Shown in pieces: positions 23,511 to 36,559 of a stretch of 64,000 nt of DNA. The notes below the pieces were generated by a model. It was not told the DNA's origin. It searched no databases and saw only the letters and a program-made list of their open reading frames with translations. Each line of letters opens with the position of its first letter. Within the stretch, counting starts at the first letter, position 1. Source of the DNA: Podarcis muralis. Taxonomy: Eukaryota. Made by a program: the position numbers and the translations under genes. Location: the NCBI RefSeq assembly GCF_964188315.1, contig NC_135666.1, forward strand, positions 25,978,001-26,042,000, in the 5' to 3' direction.

Positions 23511-23612
23511 AGGTGGGTTGGTTACAGCATGACGCTGATTAACACCAAGGTTGCAGGTTTGATTCCTGTAAGGAACAGCTGCCTATTCCACCTCTATGAT
23601 TCTTTTATTCTG
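23511..23612 (+). mobile_element. Decayed tRNA-derived SINE with CR1-like tail
   Basis: Box A/B-like GGTTGGTTACAGC...GGTTTGATTCC followed by CTCTATGATTCT tail. Not a foldable tRNA. Confidence 0.55.
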
Positions 23613-23798
23613 TGATACTAGGTCCTGCCTACTCAATGTCCGCGCATTTAGTGCAAACATCTGCAATGAGGCATCTGCTTGCATTCAGCTGAATACATGC
23701 ACGCAGAGGTAGATTTAGGGCATCACAACCAGTTCCTCCCCCCTCACAGGGCACCGAGCCAAGAGGGCACCTTGCTGCCTCCTTCCCAAAGTCTAGTA

Positions 23799-24029
23799 CA
23801 GTGGTACCTGAGGTTACAAACACTTCGGGTTACAAACGCTTCAGGTTACAGACTCCGCTAACCCGGAAGTAGTACCTCAGGTTAAGAACGTTACCTCAGG
23901 ATGAGTACAGAAATCGCTCGGTGGCAGCGGGAGGCCCCATTAACTAAAGTGGTACCTCAGGTTAAGAACAGTTTCAGGTTAAGAACGGACCTCCGGAACG
24001 AATTAAGTTCTTAACCAGAGGTACCACTG
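23799..24029 (+). mobile_element. Tc1/mariner-type MITE (CAGTGGTACCTC TIR family)
   Basis: TA|CAGTGGTACC...GGTACCACTG|TA, with internal CAGGTTAAGAAC repeats. Confidence 0.9.
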
Positions 24030-24240
24030 TATGCACTTCAGGAAGGAGGCATGAGGGCTCTGACAAGGTCCTAGAATCCTCCTTCCTTCTTCCCAAAGCC
24101 TAGTTAGCACTTGCCCAGCTTTGGGAAGCAGATGGGAGGACTTCCAACATATATGAAAATATTAAAGAACTTCCCTATACAGGGCTGCCTTCAGATGTCT
24201 TCTAAAGGTTATCTTACCTGGCTTGGGGGTCGCATAACTC

Positions 24241-24380
24241 CATACCCTCCAATAATATTTCTCTGATGAAAATAAGGCATCCTAAGGAAAAGCGGGACAT
24301 TCTGGGATCAAATCAGAAACCGAGACGGCTTCTGTAAATCCAGGACTGTCCCTGGAAAACAGGGACACTTGGAGGGTCTG
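24241..24380. mobile_element. Short TIR MITE (hAT-like) joined to an L2-type tail
   Basis: CATACCCTCCAA...TTGGAGGGTCTG inverted termini. Confidence 0.6.
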
Positions 24381-25148
24381 AAATTGGATATTGAAATGAG
24401 ACATTGTACCACCCCCCCTCCCACTTTCCATTCAGTGATCGAAATTGAATTCCAGAGTACGTCTTGGAGCTTAAGAAGCAACTGAGAGGATGCAGTAGCC
24501 CAAGGCACAGTTCAACTTTATAAAAAAAAAAAGTCCTGGCAGATGTTAATCCCCAGGAAATACCATGTGGTGGAGTTACTGCTAGTAAAGCAGACCCATC
24601 ATCGAAAGAGAACATACACTGCAGTGATTTTTTATTATTATTTTTTAAGTTGACGTATGTACTGTAGAGGGTCTTTGGAAATGGCTAATTCCCTTAACTG
24701 CTCATCCATCAGTTAGACACTGTGGGGTATCGCTTCACGGTCTGATAATGTCAAATTAATGAGGAAGACAGGATATGCTCTTCGTTCAAAATCTCTCTAT
24801 AAATTGCATGCAGTGCTGTATGTTTAGTAGCTTGTTTGGAAGTGAGCAGATGAGCATATAACGCTCCCTGGGGTTGGAGGTGCTGAATTGCTTAATGTAA
24901 GCTTTGGAATGAACACACTGCAGAATTTGGAAAAAGTGGAAAGGCAGAATCTTTATAGGATCTTATAGCCAAGATTTTAATGCTGCACTAGGCTCTTTGA
25001 AGACTGCCATATTCATATACATTCATTAAACAGCCTTTCTTCATTCTTCAAATAGCTAATTCTTGGTCAAATAAAATTTCTGTTTTAAGAGTTTTAGCCA
25101 AATTGCTCCCCAAAGGAAATACAGCAGAACTAATAAATTTATATTATG

Positions 25149-25185
<37 letters not shown>

Positions 25186-26946
25186 TTCCCCAGCCACTCT
25201 GTGCGGCTTCCAGCAAAATATAAAAACATGATAAAACGTCAAAACTTCCTGATACAGGGCTGCCTTCAGATGTCTTCTAAAAGTTGTATATAGTTGTTTA
25301 TGCAATGGTATATAGAGGGTAACCAATCAGAATGGAAAACTTGTGTATAAAATGATTAGGGGGTTGTTAAAGGGGGGAATACCCTATCCTTTTTGGCCAA
25401 AAAGTAGACTTTTAAGTTGAAGTCAAGTAATTAATAGAGCTCCTTAAGGACAAGTGTGTGAGACCCATTTTATATTTTTGGGAATGGAAGTACAAGGGAA
25501 GTAGGAGTACATTGATGACATTTGCTGATAACCCCAAGTAGGGAGGCAGTATTATTACTACAGATGGAGGTCAAGAAATTATACAGGGCAAATGGGACGA
25601 CCTCCTGAACCCAAGTAATAGAAATGGAATGAGACTGAACAGCGCAAAAATGTTATGGTCATACACTTGGGGAATAATATTAAACATGTTTGAGATCATC
25701 TGGGGATTCAGTAGCTGTAAACAACAGAGAAGGGGAAAGATCTAAGAAAGAGATACACAAAAACATTGTAGGAGGTCATGTATTGGAATGGGAACTGTTG
25801 TTTTAGGTTGAAACCTCGTGGTTACAGAATGGACCAAACCTGGGAATCACAGGATGGTCTCTGATTTATAAGTTACAATGCTGACATTATATTTGTAAAA
25901 ACACTGGGGTCTGGTGGGATTATCAAAATTGCTCTTTGCTTCCTGACAAACCATCAGAAAGCCTGGAAATTTGGTACATACATAACCCCAAATATACTGA
26001 TTCCTAGAAAAAAATAAAATAAAAACTGGACCTTTGTAGCTCTCTCTGGGATATTCAAGGTGCACTCCCAAACAACGAAGCTATTGCCACACCACCTAGG
26101 CAGCTGAAATTTGGCCTTTTGACAATTGCGAAAGGGAAAACAATGTAGAAGACAGTTTTGGTTCAGCATTGTCTACGATCCATTCCTGACATATACTGTC
26201 GTATGGATGGGAGACGATGCTACACTGAAGCAGAGTATTTCACAGCCACCCCTCCTGGATCACCCTGTCCTTCCCCAGGTCTAGACAGCTTCTCTTTGTT
26301 ATTTCTTTGGCCCCAAAATGTTTGGAAACCACTGATGTTGCCGACACTTAAATTCAGTGAAAGTTGCTTAGCTGGCTTCTTGTTACTAAAATGAAAGCAA
26401 AGAATTCGCTCTCAGCTTTGGGGAACAATGACACATTTCTCAAAAGCACATGCCCCTTCAAATGAGAGTGTGGTTTGTGTAAGGCCCGCCTTCCAGTGCA
26501 AAGGTCAGGGATTAGTGTACTCATAAATCCTCTTCGCTGATGAGAGATAACATAACTTAAGGAGGCCTGCTCTGAACAGCAGCTGCAATGGCAGAAAGTA
26601 GCCCTAACATAATGGGGTGGGGGTGAGCAAGCTTATGCTGCCGGAAATTCCAAAGAATATAAACATTTTGCACTGGTGAGATGAGAATGCTGGCCTCACT
26701 GAAAATGTTATAACACAACGAGCCCCTGAATCTGTTGGTTGTGGAGCAGAGAAGGGAGATCCTCCTTCAAAACAAAGGAGAGTAAGGTGGGCAATGAAGT
26801 CTCAGAACTGGAGTTTTGCCAAAGCTGAAACCAAGATATGATCTGATAACAAAACAGGAAATGCTGTGCGTTCTGAATTACGTTCCCGTCATCTAAAATG
26901 CATCCAAAAGTAGGGAGTATTGTGTTTGTTTTTGATCAGAAGTATA

Positions 26947-27175
26947 CAGTGGTACCTCAGGTTACAAACGCTTCAGGTTACAAATGCTTCAGGTTACAGA
27001 CTCCGCTAAGCTCGGGTTAAGAACTTTGCTTCAGGATGAGAACAGAAATCGTGCAGCAATGGTGCAGCAACAATGGGAGGCCCCATTAGCTAAAGTGGTA
27101 CCGCAGGTTAAGAACAGTTTCAGGTTAAGAACGGACCTCCGGAATGAATTAAGTTCTTAACCAAAGGTACCACTG
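26947..27175 (+). mobile_element. Tc1/mariner-type MITE (CAGTGGTACCTC family)
   Basis: TIRs with TA TSD; colinear with 23799-24029. Confidence 0.9.
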
Positions 27176-28505
27176 TACTTTCAGAAGAATAGAAACCGAG
27201 GTTTCTTCTTCTCCCACACCCTTTTAAAGTTACCAAGTAAACTTCATCATGAGCCTGTTGTGATTTTAATTGTCATGAAAGCGAGATTTCCATGTGGATT
27301 CAGCCAAAAACTGTGTTTGGATCGTATTGTTAGGATAATTCAGATGCTGTGCCAATTCATTCCTCGGCCACTCAACAAGTCTGTGAGCTGCTGGTGCCAA
27401 ACTATGGAGCAGCTTTTGAGAATGAAACCCTTGCAGTCCAATCCTATACATGTCTGAGCAGAAAAGAGCCCCACTGAGTTCAGTGGAATTTACTCCAAGG
27501 AAAGTGTGTATAGGAGGGATGGGGGATGTGCTACTGTCCAGATATTCCTGGGCTCCAACTCCCATCAGACGCAGCCAGCATGTCCAATGGTCAGGGTTTG
27601 TGAGAGTTGTAGTACAACAATATTTGGAGGACTGCAGGATCTCCATCACAGGTGGAAGAGGTTCCGGATTATCCCTCTATAAGCCATAAGGATTTACCTG
27701 GATGCTCAGGAGGAAGGGTGGGAAATAAATTAAATAAATAACCAAAATGTTCCTTTCAGTTTCTGAATGAAATTGGGAAATATATCATACAGAACATCCC
27801 TGAAAAGAATCTCGTTTCAAGAAACATTGGAAGCTTTAGAACAGGGCCGAGGAAACTGGCCCTCCAGATGTACTTGGACTACAACTCCCATCAACCTTGA
27901 CCATTGGCCATGTGGGGCTGATGGGAGTTGGAGTCTAGCAAAATCTGGAGGGCTCCAGGCTGGCAAAGGCTGATGTACACTATGTGTGTTGATTGAAAGA
28001 AAGATGGCTATAGACTTGGTTTGTATGATCAAATCCTGGATTAATCATCCTGGCATACATTTCCTTCTCTCCTAACCCCCTTTGCACAAGGCGGAAAAAC
28101 AAACTAAGAAGCTGCAGTTAACCATAGCTTCTTGTTAGGTGCTAATTTAGAACTATGGTTTATGGTATCCAAACAAGCCAGGATTCATAAGGCAAACATT
28201 CGTTCAAGTGGGGAAATAAACCAGGAAGCCACTGTGAACCATAGCTTCCCACTCTGTGCACACCAGGAAACTATTGTTAACGACTTCCAAACAAGCCTGG
28301 ACATAAGTCATGATTTACATGGAACTCGTGCATAGCCTAGCTTGTTATGAAGCCACAATTTGTGCAAGTGCAGCTATTCTGGGGAACATGGTATAGCATG
28401 TGTATATACTATTTCTACAACATGAGAAGGGAGATCAAACTGATAACTCAGACTAATCAAAACATTATTTGAAAACCTCTGTCTGTATTTCTTTTTTTGT
28501 TCCAG

Positions 28506-28607
28506 AGGAAAAATGACCACTACTCTCTTTCCGTCAATGTGTCATTCGAAGTGAAGAAGATGCCATACAAAGTTCAGCCAACAAAACTCCCTGAAGGAAG
28601 CATAGCA
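28506..28607 (+). CDS. ITGA8: Integrin alpha-8 exon (28), RKNDHYSLSVNVSFEVKKMPYKVQPTKLPEGSIA
   Basis: ttccag|AGG acceptor, GCA|gtgagt donor, 102 nt. Confidence 0.97.
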
Positions 28608-29514
28608 GTGAGTAGCACAGAAAACAAATAACACACTGATGCAAAACACGTGCATTGTTTGGTCATCCTGGTTGCTGCTGTATGAAATATTTATAGATGG
28701 GAAATCCAAGATAAGTCCTTCCTGCGTTTCTTGTACAGGTCCATCCTTTGAGTACTATTTAAAGGTTATTTGTGTGAGAGAATTTAAAATAAACTGTAAC
28801 GTTTGCTATGCAGCTGAGTTTCTGAAATAATGATGCTCAGAAGGGGGAATGGGTTAATTTAGACAGAACTCAGTCCATGCAGTTAGAGAATGGGAACCTG
28901 CGGCGATTGTCTGTAGGGCTAGGGCAAGCATGGCGTACCTGCAGCCCTCCAGATGTTGCTGGACTGCCACTCCCACCATCCCCAACCATTGGCCATGGTG
29001 GCTGGGCCTGATGGGAGCCAACAGAAAGTGAAGGGGCACAGGTCCGCCAGCCCTACAGCAGGGAGGCCAAACAACTGCGGCTGTCTGCTGCCATTTACCA
29101 CAAGATTAGGCCTTTTGGAAAGGGTAAGATTACTCCAGAACGACAGAGTTCTGCTTGTAGTCCTAGGCTTCTATGATTGATTTATGTGTTCATGCTAAAT
29201 ACGGTTTGACCCATCTTTACTCAGTTATATTGAGGCAGAAGTCTCATTTCCTGTTTCTGCTTGGAAAAGGAATCAGTGGAGGGGGGGGGGGTGATCAGCA
29301 AGCCAACCTCAGCTCTTCCTAGTTTCATGCCTCCCAACCTGCTAACTTTATATTGTTGTTTCCTCATGGGCTCTCTTGTGCTTTCTATATAAGACACAGG
29401 ACTCTGATATAATTCTTGCACTGCACACAAATAAACATATTTCAGATAATATATATTTCATATATATTCATATATTAAAGATATGACTTAGACCTATGTG
29501 AAATATTCAGGGTA

Positions 29515-29739
29515 CAGTGGTACCTCAGGTTACATACGCTTCAGGTTACACACGCTTCAGGTTACACACTCCGCTAATCCAGAAATAGTGCTTCAGGTAA
29601 AGAACTTTGCTTCAGGATAAGAACAGAAATCGTGCTCTGGCGGCGCGGCAGCAGCAGGAGGCCCCATTAGCTAAAGTGGTGCTTCAGGTTAAGAACGGAC
29701 CTCCGGAATGAATTAAGTACTTAACCTGAGGTACCACTG
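29515..29739 (+). mobile_element. Tc1/mariner-type MITE (CAGTGGTACCTC family)
   Basis: TIRs with TA TSD; colinear with the other copies. Confidence 0.9.
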
Positions 29740-30560
29740 TATTTTCATTTTCCTTCAGTTATTAAGCGGTTACAGAAAAATATTACTGTATAAGTCTTTT
29801 TTTATATTAAAAGAAAAGTGATTAAGAAGAAATAAAAATGATTGCGCACACTAAACAAGAGTGGTTTCCCCCATACAGCAGGACTAGCACCATAATGAGA
29901 AAAGTATATGCAGATGGGGAGGAGTTCAGCCAATAGGCAGGAATTTTTGACTAGCTCATGGCTGGCTTCTCTCTTTGATGCCTACTGTACTGGGATGATT
30001 TACCTTTAGGCTCCAAAGGAGAACGTTTTGATCCTTGATATTCATTGCTCATCCAAAGAGGTTCAAAGATACCACAATCAAAGATAAATCCCGGCTCTTT
30101 CTGCTTCCCCGCACCCACCCACCTTGCATGTGTTTTGTAGCAGAAACACATGTTACTCAAAATGGCTGCTACGTACTGTCTCCCAGCTGTTCAATTGCGC
30201 TCTGCCACAGGTGATCGCCTGCTGTTCTCAACAGGTCTCTGATGATATACTGAATAATCAGATAAGCATTTTTACAGTACTACTTGAGAATGAAGCATAT
30301 TATTCCACAGAGCTGATTTGCTGCCAGATGCCCAAAACAGCAACTGTAAACTCTTGAAAAATGATAGCGCTTTTATGTCCTCCTAAATCTGGCCATTGGC
30401 AGTGGAGGTTTGCCAACCCTGCAGCTTGATGTGCTGTAGGCAGAAGTTCTTTTGAAGTTTCTCTTAGCAATACTTTCCCCCCTGAAGTCAGACAGTCCTG
30501 GATTCAGTGTTTGTCTAGGAGGATTTATTCGGAAGGCCAAGAGTCGAAGTAAGTACAAAA

Positions 30561-30840
30561 TTTGGAAATTCATTAACACTTCAACGTTATCATTCAGAAT
30601 GATGATCCTATCCATGTGAAGTTTTGCTAATGTTTTTACAGAATCATGGTTCAGAAATTGCCTTGAATTTGGCAATTCATTAAAGCTTCAACATTATTGT
30701 CATTCAGATTGATAATCATCATCATATTTGTTTGAAGTTTAGCTACTTATAACGTGCTTACAGAATCATGGTTAAGAACTCGCCTTGACTTTGGAAATTC
30801 ATTAAAGCTTCAACATTATCATCCTCCAGAATGATGACCA
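30561..30840. repeat. Degenerate tandem repeat, about 2.5 units of about 110-120 bp
   Basis: TTTGG(A/C)AATTCATTAA..CTTCAAC.TTAT recurs at about 30561, 30668 and 30790. ACAGAATCATGGTT.AGAA.T.GCCTTGA occurs twice. Confidence 0.8.
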
Positions 30841-30850
30841 TATATACTTG

Positions 30851-30851
<1 letters not shown>

Positions 30852-30890
<39 letters not shown>
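30852..30890. repeat. (TATC)n microsatellite; other microsatellites: (AAT)n about 25152-25184, (CT)n about 36509-36556 and 58524-58560, (TG)n about 51385-51420
   Basis: Read directly from the sequence. Confidence 0.95.
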
Positions 30891-30891
<1 letters not shown>

Positions 30892-31782
30892 AATCATCTA
30901 TCTATTTATTTGCTACTTACGCTGTGCTTATTGTTTTGGTGTATGGAGTATTGGTGATGGCCATGACAAGGTTGTTATCCTGAAATACATGAACAAGAAG
31001 CTCCAGTTTTCCGTCAACCAACCTTGCTATCTTGTGTCATTCACAAGGCACCACTTATCTGCAGAAAAATTCTACGCTGTAGAGAAAACAGCCCTGCTAT
31101 TGTTTGTATGACCCCTTGATGAATGTAAATGAGTCAGGAGCCAAGAACTGATCTTGTCAGGGGTTGTTGACTCCCTTTCAACTCACTTCAACCTAGACCA
31201 CCCCTTGCGACATAAAACCAGAAGCTGACATTAATTAATTCAGGGCCTGTTGTCCCAGGATAAAAGTGTAATAAGATTCTTCCTAAATCATACCAAAGGC
31301 CCAACTTGTCCAACATTCCCCCCCCCCCCAACACTGGTCCTCCAGATGTTTCTGGGAAGCTCCCAAACAGGGCAGGAAGGCAATTTCCCTCCCCTGTAGT
31401 CTCCAGGAAGGTATTCCAAGGTATATTGTCTGTGGACTTGGAAGTTCAGCTAGCTGTCATATCTCTGCATGTTTCTGTCTCGTGCATGAATGTGTTCATT
31501 GCATGCATTATGGATTACACGCGGTTATGTGCCAGAAGAGACCTGCTTTGTCAGACCAATCTAGTCCTGCATCCTGTTCCCCTTAGTGGCCAGCCCCTTG
31601 TCTGTGACAGTGATAGGGAACCTCTGGCCCTCCAGGCATTGAGCTGCATCTCCCATCATCCCTGACCATTGGACATGGACTCTGGAGGGAGAAGGTGCAC
31701 CACCAATGGTCTATGGAAAACCCAAACAGGAAATCGGGGCCATAGCCCTCTACCACTGTTGTTCCCCAGTGGCTGGTACAAA

Positions 31783-31945
31783 TGAACATAGAGAGCTGCT
31801 TCAGACTGAGTCAGGTCAGTGGTCCATCTAGCTCAGTATTGTCCACACTGACTGGCAGAGATTCTCTGGGGTTTGAGGTAGGAAGTCTTTCCCAGCCCTA
31901 CCTGAAAATGCTAGAGACTTGGGACCTCCTGCATACAAAGCAGAG
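31783..31945 (-). mobile_element. tRNA-derived squamate SINE (Squam2/AnolisSINE2-like)
   Basis: AACATAGAGAGCTGC...GGTCCATCTAGCTCAGTATTGTCCACACTGACTGGCAG...GGGACCTCCTGCATACAAAGC. Related copies at about 34215-34345 and 46620-46793. Family name recalled. Confidence 0.6.
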
Positions 31946-32890
31946 TTTTCAATATAATCAGACTAGATTTAAGCAATTGCCATTTAGGGAAGAAGATAGA
32001 GGATGATCTTGAAATACTATCATCATAGTCAACCGAAAGCAAAGTCCAAAGTAAAATATTTCATTTCCTCTGATTTTTAGTAGGATTTTTAAAATGCAGT
32101 TAACTTTCTATGGATTGTGCCCTTATATTATCTTGAACAAATTCTTAGTCAATGAAGAAAGGGGGGAGAAATGTACTTGAATCATGTAACTGGTATCTCC
32201 TGGTGTGCTATTGGCATAGTGTGTGAACACTTGAACCCTAGCCAGGTTTAAATCCTCTGGGTAGAATTCAGTACTAGGCCTACCTCAGAACAGACTCGTT
32301 GAAATGGATGAACACAACTAAGTTAAATTCATTCATTTCGATAGGTCTTCTCTAAGTAAAAGTTAAATTCTACCCTCTCTCTGATGTGATGCTTCTACAG
32401 AATCAATGTTCAGGCACATTTCTTTTAAACATGTTTGCTCTCCCTGCAAAGTATACTTATACAAGGGAGTTATAATATGCAAACACACCATGTCAATATT
32501 AATTCTGAGTCTAAACTCAGGGGAGCTTTTATCTACTACTTTAGGCCCTTTTTCAAAAAAGAAAAAAAAATGGCAAATGTTTGCCTGAGAGGAACATGCA
32601 GAACAATTAAAGAGTAATTTGTTATCTTTCAACCCCTCTAAGCAGAAATGATTAAAGATCAGAGAAAGGGGCTGTTATACACACAAGCACCAATTTCACT
32701 ACAATAATAGCTCATATACTGTAAGCCTAAAGCTACTGTAACTCTGTGATAGATAAGTCAGAATTTGGCCATTCAGATGCCATTTACCACAAAATGATAA
32801 TCGGTGAGGATTCGAGAAGTGTATTGAATCTGCAAAGTTTTTTCTACAATGGCTATCTGTATATATATTTGTGCTTCATAGCAGTTAGCC

Positions 32891-33027
32891 CAGGCATCCC
32901 CAAACTCAGCCTTCCAGCTGTTTTGGGACTACAACTCCCATCATCCCTAGCCAACAGGACCAGTGGTCAGGGATGATGGGAGTTGTAGTCCCAAAACAGC
33001 TGGAGGGCCGAGTTTGGGGGTGCCTTG
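32891..33027. mobile_element. Nearly fully palindromic hAT-like MITE
   Basis: CAGGCATCCCCAAACTC...GGGACTACAACTCCCATCATCCCT / AGGGATGATGGGAGTTGTAGTCCC...GAGTTTGGGGGTGCCT. Decayed relatives at about 11920, 27550, 27850, 28930, 40040 and 55390. Confidence 0.82.
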
Positions 33028-33067
33028 CTTAGCCCCTGCAGGAAGCGTCAGAAGGCCGCTAAAAGTA

Positions 33068-33267
33068 CAGTCATACCTCGGGTTGAAGTAGTTGAAGAGC
33101 ATGTTACTTCCAGGTTTTGCCACTCGCGCATGCGCAGACGCTCAAAATGACGTCACGTGCATGTGCGGAAGTGGTGAATCACGGCACACCCAGACTCAGG
33201 TTGCGTTCGCTTCAGGATGCGAACGGGGCTCCTGAGTGGATCCCATTCGCATCCAGGGGTACCACTG
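33068..33267. mobile_element. Tc1/mariner-type MITE
   Basis: TA|CAGTCATACCTCGGGTTG...CCAGGGGTACCACTG|TA. Confidence 0.8.
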
Positions 33268-34352
33268 TAATGCTGTTAAAACTAGCCTTCATCTATGCAT
33301 CACCTGGAGCAGTGTGGTTGCAACCAGAAATATATATACACAGTCCTCCAAGTGTGGTTGCACCACAGATTTACCTAATGGCATTATGATATTGGCAGTT
33401 TTGTTTCTGATTCCTTTCCTAACGATCCTTAACATGGAATCTGCCTTTTTCACAGCCGTCCGCACATTGGGTTGATGTCTTCATTGAGCTATCTACTATT
33501 GACACCAAGGTCTCATTCCTAGTCGTTCACCACCAGTTCAGAGTAGACAGTATTAGATGAGCTGGACAATAGTCTGACCATTTCAAAGCAGCTTCTAGCT
33601 CCCATGCAACTGATATTGTGGAAAACGTGTGCCCTCTCCAGAATAACCCTTCTTACCTCAATAGAGAAATGTTCTCCTAAGCATAAGGAGCTCTTTGGCC
33701 ATGTGAGGCAGGCAGTCTGTGTCACAAGGGCTCTGCCAGAAACACCATATGATGTGCATTAAAAGCTCCACAGCTGCATCACTGACCACCTTGGATAAAA
33801 GGATGGGCAAAGGAATATCAGTTGAGCAACTTCATTCCTATCTCTCAAGAGTTTCTCTGTCCTTTGCATTGCCTCCCACCCTCCGCAATAAAAAAGTTGC
33901 TAAAAGAGATAAAGCACTTCTGAACTGGCATTAGGCTCACAGCCTTGTCTTAAATCTAAAACCACATGAGAAAATAGTGGAGCCATCCAAGTTGAAGAAC
34001 GAACACCTACATGAAGTCATAAATAAAATGCTCTTTGGGAATAGCGGGTGGTCCAGTTGGCAGACGCTTCTGTCTCTTTGCCCGTAGTTCGATGCAACCA
34101 TCTTTCTACGAATGCCAGTAGTTTCCCAATCATAAAGGCATATCTCTGTGCTAAGTGAAAGGGGGTTTTAACACATTTCTCCAGATTGGGGTACGACACC
34201 ACTTTCAATAGAGGTGGGGAAAGACCATAGATCAGTGCTAGAGTAAATGCTTGGCATTCCTGTCTTAAACCCTGGGGAGACTCTGCAGGTCAGTGTTGAC
34301 AGGACTGGACTAGAGTGACCAATGGTCTGACTCGGTTTAAAGACATCAGTAT

Positions 34353-34994
34353 AAGGTTCTGCACTTAAGCAGGAAGAACCAGCTGCACCAATATAAGATG
34401 GGGGACACCTGGATGGCCATGTGAAAAGGATCTAGGGGTCTTAGTGGACCAAAAACTTAACATGAGTCAACAGTGTGATGCAGCAGCAAAAAAAATCCCT
34501 AATGCTATTCTAGGCTGCATCAACGGAAGTATAGTGTCCCGATCAAGGGAAGTAATAGTACTGCTCTATTCTGCCTTGGTCAGACACACCTGGAATACGG
34601 TGTCCAGTTCTGGGCAGCACAATTTAAGAAGGATGTAGGCAAGCTGGAGCGTGTGCAGAGGAGGGCAATAAAGATGATCAAGGGACTGGAAACCAGCCTT
34701 ATGAGGAACGGTTGAAGAAGCTGGGTTTGTTTAGCCTGGAAAAGAGGAGTATCTCAAGGGCTGTCACAAGTTACAAGAAATGAGATTCCGACTAAACATC
34801 AGGAAGAACTTGCTGACAATAACAGCTGTTCAAGGGTGGAACAGATTCCTTTGAGAGGTTGTAGAGTCTCATTCATTCACGGTTTTTAAGCAGAGGTTGG
34901 AGGGCCATTTGCCATGGATGCTTTAGTTGAGATTCCTGCATTGCAGGGGTTGGACTAGATGACCCTTGGGATCCTTTTTCTTTGATTCTATGAT
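34353..34994 (+). mobile_element. CR1 LINE 3' fragment
   Basis: Encodes KVLHL...[44 protein letters not shown] and ends in the GATTCTATGAT CR1 tail. Confidence 0.92.
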
Positions 34995-36506
34995 GAGGCA
35001 GCTTCCTATGTTCCTCCTGCTGTACTGCATGCAATGTGCACAGGTCAGTGACTTTGCTGGTATATGGCGTGGCTCCTCACTTCATGTGTTTCCCCGTGAC
35101 AAGGATTATTAGCAAAAAATATTTTAGCTAGTATAGGTTATTTTCTACTTGCCCTTTATCTAACCAGACCCCAGGGTGGTTTATACAGTCCATAAAGTGC
35201 AGCACCTCATAAAATACAGCATGAAAATCTAAAATCAACATTAAAACATTATACATAGCAGAAGGCTTCAAGCGTCTCCATAGCGTCTATGTTGATATGG
35301 TTCCCATTATCACTTCTTCTAAACAGTGAACAGAAATGCCTTTAGCTAGCATAAAGAAGTCAGCAGCAAGGAGGACAATTGTTGGAATTGCCCCTTTCTT
35401 TAATACATATTATAAACCCAAATATGCCTGGCCACCATCTTGCCTTACAAGATGAAATCTGATTTTCTCATGCAAAATAGGGTCATTTTATCAGAACATC
35501 TTCTCTCTCTCCTTTAAGAAAGTATCCCCAGTCTTCAAGGTAGTGGAGAAAAACCTGAACATGTGCATGTTCCGAAAACTGCAGAAAATAATGAAGGCCA
35601 GGAAGCCCCAAGTTACGTAAGAGAAAAGGTTTGAGAGCCACGCATGGGAAGTCCAGGTGCAAAAATCTGTTCTCATTCATAAAGATCACTGCATGGGTGG
35701 CCTTAGACACAATGGCATGTCTCGGCCTAAGCCACCTTGCAGAGCCCTGGTTCAGAACAATAAAATGCCTTGTGGCTCACAACATTCTGTAGAAATGCCA
35801 CACAGACCATCACAATAAAAATAATTATTCTACTCTAGGTGGTACATTCAGCAACCATGAAATGAACATTAATCCCCTGAGGAGAAATTCAATTCAGATT
35901 GCATTGAGAGCCAAACCTTCCTGATTCACATTTTCCAAAACAATATATGAACCAAAACACAAGCATCCTTTGAGATTTACACTGAATTTTGCAATGCAGC
36001 TCATCAGCCATTTAACGTGTATGAAGATGCATATACTACAGTAAAGGGTGCATAAAAATGCATATACTGTATAAGTGAGAATAATGTACAAAAAAGCATT
36101 GTATTGGGGGATAATTATTTGCACAAATGTGTACATTAGGTAAAATTGCAGGCGCGGATTGCGAACTCTGCAGGTTGTGAACGTGCATCCCGCACGGATC
36201 ACGTTCGCAACCCGAGCATCCACTGTATCTCTAAACTATAGCCTTTCCAGGGTGGCTTACATTTAATACCAAATATACAGTTTTATCAGTTCCAAAAAAA
36301 TGAAAACATTCAATTAAGTTTACAATAAAACAATCAGTTTAAATAAACCCAATGGAGTCACCAACAAAAGCTTCGACAGCAATATATACAATAAAACATT
36401 TCCGTTAACAGCCAGTGAAAACAGATGGCTTTAAAAAAAAAAAAAGCTTTCTTTAAAATCTGGAGCCAACCATATTTCCCTGAATGGTTTGGAGAAAGTT
36501 GATAGA

Positions 36507-36559
<53 letters not shown>

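Noticed and set aside
23511-23560. Box A/B sequence as a tRNA gene (also at about 46620)
   Set aside because: No cloverleaf or acceptor stem, and it continues into a SINE body and tail.
24213-24222. CTTACCTGGC resembling the U1 snRNA 5' end
   Set aside because: Only a 10-nt match inside a composite L2/MITE repeat; the rest of U1 is absent.
30598-30670. ATGATGA box C-like motif suggesting a C/D snoRNA
   Set aside because: No CTGA box D at a suitable distance and no terminal stem; it is part of a tandem repeat.
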